The position numbers and the translations under genes are program-made. This document shows, one piece after another, positions 56,833 through 64,000 of a DNA stretch of 64,000 nucleotides. The notes under the pieces are model-generated. The model did not search any database. It had not been told where the DNA came from and saw only the letters and a program-made list of their open reading frames with translations. Source of the DNA: the human T2T-CHM13v2.0 reference genome, Homo sapiens; assembly GCF_009914755.1 (NCBI RefSeq), contig NC_060925.1. One strand, 5' to 3'. Every line of letters starts with the position of its first letter. The first letter of the stretch is position 1.

Positions 56833-57164
56833 TAGTGGGAGATGATGAATTTGTGATCTCAAAAGGTGAAGCCGACTTGAATCATAAAAGCCTCAGGGAG
56901 CGACCAAGGCAGCGGTGGCTGAAGTGCAGTGGAGGTGAACATCACCAGAGGTGAGGATGTCAAAGTATGGAAAGCCTGGCTAATCTATGTGGACCTGAAG
57001 CCACCGCAAATAACAGCAGTACTTGGGGTATGAAGCAAAACTGTGAACAGAGTTCAAGGCCATTGGTAAATGAAGGGGAGGAACTACAGGTGGGTACACA
57101 AAACAAATAGATGTGGTTGAGGGGTGGAACTGGTTAGGAGTTTTTACACAATGGTGGAAACATG

Positions 57165-57576
57165 AAACCGGCTAAAGTCAGATGAGTGTTTATTGTTTGC
57201 CAGGCTTTTTGCATACATTAGTCCATTTAATTCTCAGAAACGACCTTCATATGAAACAGGTACTGATTTTATTCCTATTTTATAATGAGAGAACCGAGTT
57301 ACTGAGAGGTTAAACATCTCACATTTCTTATCCACTATGTTATGCTGACTCTTATAAAATGATTGTGGAAGGTGTGTTAATACATTTCAACTGGAAAAAA
57401 AAGGTCAGATCCCCCGAAAATGTTGTTAGGAGTTGGGTTAACTGCTTTGGAAAAACAATGGAAATATTTAAATTCCAGTTGTACTGAAATACCTTTTAAC
57501 ATCCAGCAGGTGGCAGCACTAAGTAACAATTCCATACTAGGTCATCTAACAGAAACATTAATCCATTCTGCACAAA
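57165..57576 (-). other. KYAT3: KYAT3 3' UTR with poly(A) signals
   Basis: Follows the stop codon; minus-strand AATAAA at 57273-57268 and 57194-57189; exact cleavage site not determinable. Confidence 0.7.
57485..57517 (+). promoter_or_regulatory. Candidate CTCF site
   Basis: CCAGCAGGTGGCAGC (57503-57517) fits CCASYAGRKGGCRS; upstream TGAAATACC resembles the upstream (zinc fingers 9-11) motif. Confidence 0.6.
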
Positions 57577-57639
57577 TCAAGACTTCTGTACACTCCATGC
57601 CTTGATGATTTCTTCAGCAGCATCCAGTGTGCTGTCTTT
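57577..57639 (-). CDS. KYAT3: KYAT3 (CCBL2, kynurenine aminotransferase 3) last coding exon
   Basis: ttaatttacag|AAA GAC AGC ACA CTG … AAG TCT TGA = KDSTLDAAEEIIKAWSVQKS*, the KYAT3 C-terminus as recalled; KYAT3 is the known neighbour of GTF2B. Confidence 0.9.
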   Translation of the reverse strand, partial: KDSTLDAAEEIIKAWSVQKS

Positions 57640-58269
57640 CTGTAAATTAATGAAATAATCATCATTATTACAGATATACATAAATTCAAGATGAAGCAAA
57701 GATTTAAATATACAACATAATGAAGATTTAAGTGAATATCTGATCTCAAGTGAAGAAAAATTTTCAAAGTGAAAAAGCAAAAGCAGAACCCAAAACAGGA
57801 AAACAGTTAACCAAATGAATTATAATTACAGAAACAGGTCAAAGGGTACAGAAGAGTTTACACTGAAAAATAATAGCTGTCTGCTCCACCCCTTCTTCAC
57901 CCTTCCTATGACTCCCTCTACCTTCAAGATAACCTTTTATGGCAATTTCTGGATTTAGTTCTAATGGCTACCACCAAAATCTAATAATGTGCTTATGCTT
58001 CTATTTCCTTATTTGTGAACTTCACATATTATCTACTATATCTATACTTTGCTCTGAACAAAAAAAAATTAGTTCATTCACACTACTCTGCCCTTGCTTT
58101 CAAGGTTTCATAGTTGTAATTATTGAAAAATAGTTTATTTTTTGAATAGGTGATTCATACATATAGCATAAAATTAAACAGAGGTGTAAGCAGAGAAAAT
58201 CCAGCCTTCTGTTGTTCATCTTCTGTTTCTCTACTTCTTTTTCTTTGTCTTCTCTCTCCATCAGAATGA

Positions 58270-59620
58270 TTCAGTCTGAAAGCCAATAGGTGAGGCTGAG
58301 CAAAGCGGCTGTCCATGTATAGGGCTGGGAGAGCCTTGGCAACCCTAGTGCAGGACACTGCAGCCAGAGTGGAGTGAGCAGGCTGGTCAGCATGGGTGTC
58401 ATGAGGTGATAGTGCTGGCTGGAACAGGATGTCAGAGTCTGAGTGGGGTAAGTGAGGCACCTGTATGGTAGGGTGGCCTCATGCAGGGTCCTGGAGCCTG
58501 GATGAGATGAGGCAGGCATCTGGCATGGTGTCAGTGCCCAAGAGGGGCAAGGAGGGCTTCTGTGTAGTAGGTGACAGTGGTGGCCTGGTATGGGGTATTG
58601 GAGACCTAGATGGGGGCACCTCTCCAGGAGGATGACAGGACAGGTCGGCATGGGTGATAAAGCCCAGGTCGGGTGAAGATGTAGTGTAGCAGCCTGGCAC
58701 AAAATGTCAAAGCCTGAACCGGGAAAAGGGTATTCTCTCAGGGACTGGGAAGGTGAGGGATGCACAGTGGCTTTGACAGGAGATTGATCCCATACAGAAG
58801 TATTGATTAAATTAGTAGTTACATGACTAGTGGCCAAATCTGGGAAAATCTAAGTATCAAAATAAGTAATAATAATAATAAATTATAGCCCACTGTACTA
58901 CAAAATAAAAATCCAGAAGTCCACATTGATACATATGAATAAGTTAATAAATAAATTGCTTAATGAGATATGGAATATTTTCATAGTACCTTACTACAAA
59001 ATATTTACTATTTAACAAGAAAAAGTATAACTTTATAGTAGAAAAGACTGGCAAACACCACCTTAATCAGGTGGTTAAAGTTAACATCACTGGTAATAGG
59101 AATAAATGAAATCATGTGCCACCTGATACAATGAAAAGGATAGAGTATCATCACTTCTGTGGTTTCCTGCCGAAGTGCATAGCCTGAGTCTAAGCATGAG
59201 GAAACATCAAACTTAAATTGAGGTACTTTCTTAAAAATAATTCATTGATAATTTTCAAAAGTATCAAGATCATGAAAGTCAAAGAAAACTGAGAAACCAT
59301 TCTAGCTTGAAGGAGACATGACAACTAAATGCAATGCATGATTCTAGCCTGAATTAATTAATTATTATAAAAAGGACATTATTGGGACAATGAATGACAT
59401 TTAAATCAGATCTGAGGATTAGATGGAGTATCAAGGTTAACTTCATGATTTTGAGGGTTATATTGTGGTTTGGGAGGAGAATGTCTTGTTTATGAAGAAT
59501 ACACAAGAAAGTATATGGGGGTGATCGGAGCATCCTCAGTAATTAAGTTGACAACTTACTCTGAAATAGTTTAGAAAAAAGTTCTTGAAACTTTTAGGTT
59601 GAGAGCATTTAAAAATATTT
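58270..59620 (+). mobile_element. L1MC-type 3' UTR fragment with degenerate internal repeats
   Basis: GGCATGGTGTCAGTGCCC-like repeated units, then CTGGCAAACACCACCTTAATCAGGTGGTTAAAGTTAACATCAC…GGAGACATGACAACTAAATGCAATG. Confidence 0.7.
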
Positions 59621-59759
59621 GTTTTAAAGTAAGTCAGCTTCCCACCTATCTTCCTCAGCCACTCAGTTTTTCTCTCCAGAGACAACACTGGGATTTCATT
59701 ATATATTTTTCCAGAGATTTTCATCCATCTTTCTTTTTAAAATTGTATATTTTTTATTG

Positions 59760-60200
59760 TTCTTGTTTATTTATTTTTAACTTTTATTTTAGGTTTGGGG
59801 GTACATGTGAAGATTTGTTACATAGGTAGACTCATGTCACAGGGGTTTGTTGTACAGATCATTTCATCACCCAGGTATTAAGAGCACAGCACCCAACAGT
59901 TATCTTTTCTGCTCTTCTCCCTCCTCCCACCCTCCACCCTCAAGGAGGCCCCAGTGTCTGTTGTTCCCTTCTTTGTGTTCATGAGTTCTCATTATTTTTG
60001 GCTCCACTTATAAGAGAGAACATGTGATATTTGGTTTTCTGTTCCTGTGTTAGTTTGCCAAGGATAATAGGCTCCAGCTCCACCCATGTTCCTGCAAAAG
60101 ACATGACTTCATTCTTTTTTATGGCTGCATAGTAGTCCATGGTGTATATGTACCACATTTTCTTTATCCAATGACAGCATTGATGGGCATTTAGGTTGAT
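59760..60200 (-). mobile_element. L1PA (older subfamily) 3' end fragment
   Basis: GGGGTACATGTGAAGATTTGTTACATAGG…CCCTCCTCCCACCCTCCACCCTCAA…GCAAAAGACATGACTTCATTC. Confidence 0.85.
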
Positions 60201-61331
60201 CTGAATGTAGCATCATTTATTCAAGCAGCCCCCACTGGTGAATAATTTTGTTGTTTACAATATTTTGCTATTACAAATGATGCCTCAGTGAAAATCCTTG
60301 AATATAAGTCATTCGAAATGTGCAAATAAATCCACAAGAAAACACTTGTAGAGGTAGAATTGTTGGATCAAAGGGTATGGGAAATCACATCTGAACAGAA
60401 ATTTTCAAACTAACCACCATAGAGATTTTACAAATTATACTCCCACTCTCAATTTGTGAGAGTGTTTTATGAAACTTTTAGTTGTTTTGGTTGTTTCCAA
60501 TCTAAGAGATAAAATTTCTTTGCAGTTCTATTTTTCATTTCCCTTACTATGAAATAAGTTTGACAACTTTTATAAGTTTAACAACTACTAAGGATCTTAC
60601 CCATAATATTATAAAGTGCTATTTTTGCCTTAAATTTATTTACTTTTATCACTTTTATTTTGCTCTGAATTCAAACTGCTTTCTTTCAATTTCTATTTTC
60701 TTGGTATGTTTTTGTCATTCTTTGATTTTTAGTCTTTCTAAGAGGTGGAGTTAGGTGTGTCCACTTTCCCTAGAAACTTCCAGCTACTTCCACACTATCT
60801 GCCAATATTGACTGCTGATGTAAGAAGAGTCTGGGTCCATACTGATCCTCCTCTTCTGGCCCCTCTGGAGGCCTTGATCTTACTGTCTAGGTGACCAAAG
60901 GAATTGTCTTTGAAGCCCAATATATCAAGCGAGGTATATCTCAGTGTTAATAATTGTGTGACAATTATTATTATATGCAGGTTCCATTTGTTCTGCTCTT
61001 ATTTTTTTCTGGCAACTCCACATATTTTATTTTTCCTCTGCATCAATAATTTTTCTGCCTAATATTTTAAAAATTATTTGTTCCTTTCTACTTCCTTTTG
61101 CTCACTTATCTCCATCCTTAATGTCCTTACAGAAGTATTTAGTGTTCTTTGTGGTGTTTCTATTAATAATGTCACCATAATTTCCAATAGCTTTATTTTT
61201 TCTTTTCAATTTCCTACCTGAACTCTGATAGCTCCCATTTGATCTTCTTATAATATCTTACTCTATCTTCCCTGAATTCGTAAAATCTCTGCTTTCTCAT
61301 TTTAAAGGTTTTAAATCTGAAATAGCACTAA

Positions 61332-61780
<449 letters not shown>

Positions 61781-62789
61781 TAATCATTTTTGATTGAATT
61801 CTTTGTTTTCCACTGCCAAAGCATGCACTATACCTATTGTTCTGAGTAATAAGCATGCTACCTGCTGGCTTTGTCTGTGATTTGAAGATAGATTTGCTGA
61901 TTTGTATAAGGGAGAAGCTGGGGCAGCACCAGAAAAGAGCAGAAATTCTCCTTGTCTCATAGTAAAATTTAATACAGTTGATGTAGGGTTCAGTGGGTGG
62001 GAGTTCTTTTAGACCACAGTTCTTACCAAATAATTAAATTGGCTATCCCCAGTTTAATACATCTCTTCCGCATTGCTTCAACATAGCTTTTAGCAAAATG
62101 ACAGGAGTAAATGAGGAAATCTATAGACCAACCAGAGTCTCCTTTCCACCTTGCCTTACATAGTTTCCAGATGACATGACTGTATGTTTTTGCCGTTTCC
62201 TCCATCATGCCAAACGGTCTAGAGAAGTTCCTGCTGCCAGTGCAGCGACTACTCCTACTGTTCTCAATAATGAGTATGCTGCCTGCTGGCTTTGTCTGTA
62301 ATTTGAAGATGTAAAAGCAGGATCCTTTCTAGGGATCTTCCCTCTACCATCACCTTCACAGTATTTAGCAGCCTTTCCTTAAACACTGGGGAATTTGTTT
62401 TCTATTCTCTTAGTTGTTTTTAAATAATTTCTAAAAAGAGATTAGGGGAGGGCTGGGTTTACCATTTTAAAACTGGAAGTCCTACGTTACTTCTTTCTTC
62501 TGTTAGTTTTGTTTACAATTTCAAATAATATACCACTATTTCTCAATCCAGTGTAAGATGAAGGATATTAATAGCATTACCGTTCTTTAAAATTTCAGTC
62601 AATTGAATGTTTACATTGTTAGGTTGTTAATATTTATATTCTATTCTGAGCAAGTCTGGCTATCGGTTGTCTCTGAAAGTTGAAAACAGTGTTTATGTTA
62701 TTCTCATTAGGTTTAAAGATGAGTGAGTTGATAGAGTGTCTTGATCTCAGTAAGACTATTTTCAGTACCAACAACATTTTGAAAACAGC

Positions 62790-64000
<1,211 letters not shown>

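Noticed and set aside
58271-58837. 188-aa Pro/His-rich minus-strand ORF in the KYAT3 intron
   Set aside because: It lies in a degenerate repeat of an L1MC-type 3' UTR, has no ATG start, and its composition reflects the repeat.

Overview
Primate (almost certainly human, 1p22 by gene order) genomic DNA. The left part holds the 5' end of GTF2B (TFIIB) on the minus strand: a TATA-containing CpG-island promoter, exon 1 (12883-12899 coding) and exon 2 (8658-8764, zinc ribbon). The right part holds the terminal exon and 3' UTR of KYAT3/CCBL2 (minus strand, 57577-57639 coding). The ~44 kb between them is dominated by mobile DNA: a MER51A solo LTR, a full-length HERV-L provirus with two MLT2A LTRs and a perfect TCTGG target-site duplication (TSD), MER75 piggyBac, a near full-length L1PB, a processed pseudogene of SHLD1 (C20orf196), and 45 bp further on an L1-retroposed HERV-W copy (R-U5...U3-R-polyA). 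A near full-length Cheshire hAT fossil lies in GTF2B intron 2, and there are ~35 Alus. The most intriguing signals are: (1) the HERV-L appears to have landed inside a plus-strand exon that, once rejoined, splices in frame to neighbouring exon-like segments, suggesting a lost gene divergent from GTF2B; (2) two age-inverted insertions, namely a polyadenylated MIR-containing segment inside Tigger3a and a tail-less, TSD-less AluJ inside the younger HERV-W; (3) a candidate poison exon in GTF2B intron 1. Gene and repeat family names come from my recall of consensus sequences, not database searches. Repeat boundaries are approximate unless a TSD is quoted.
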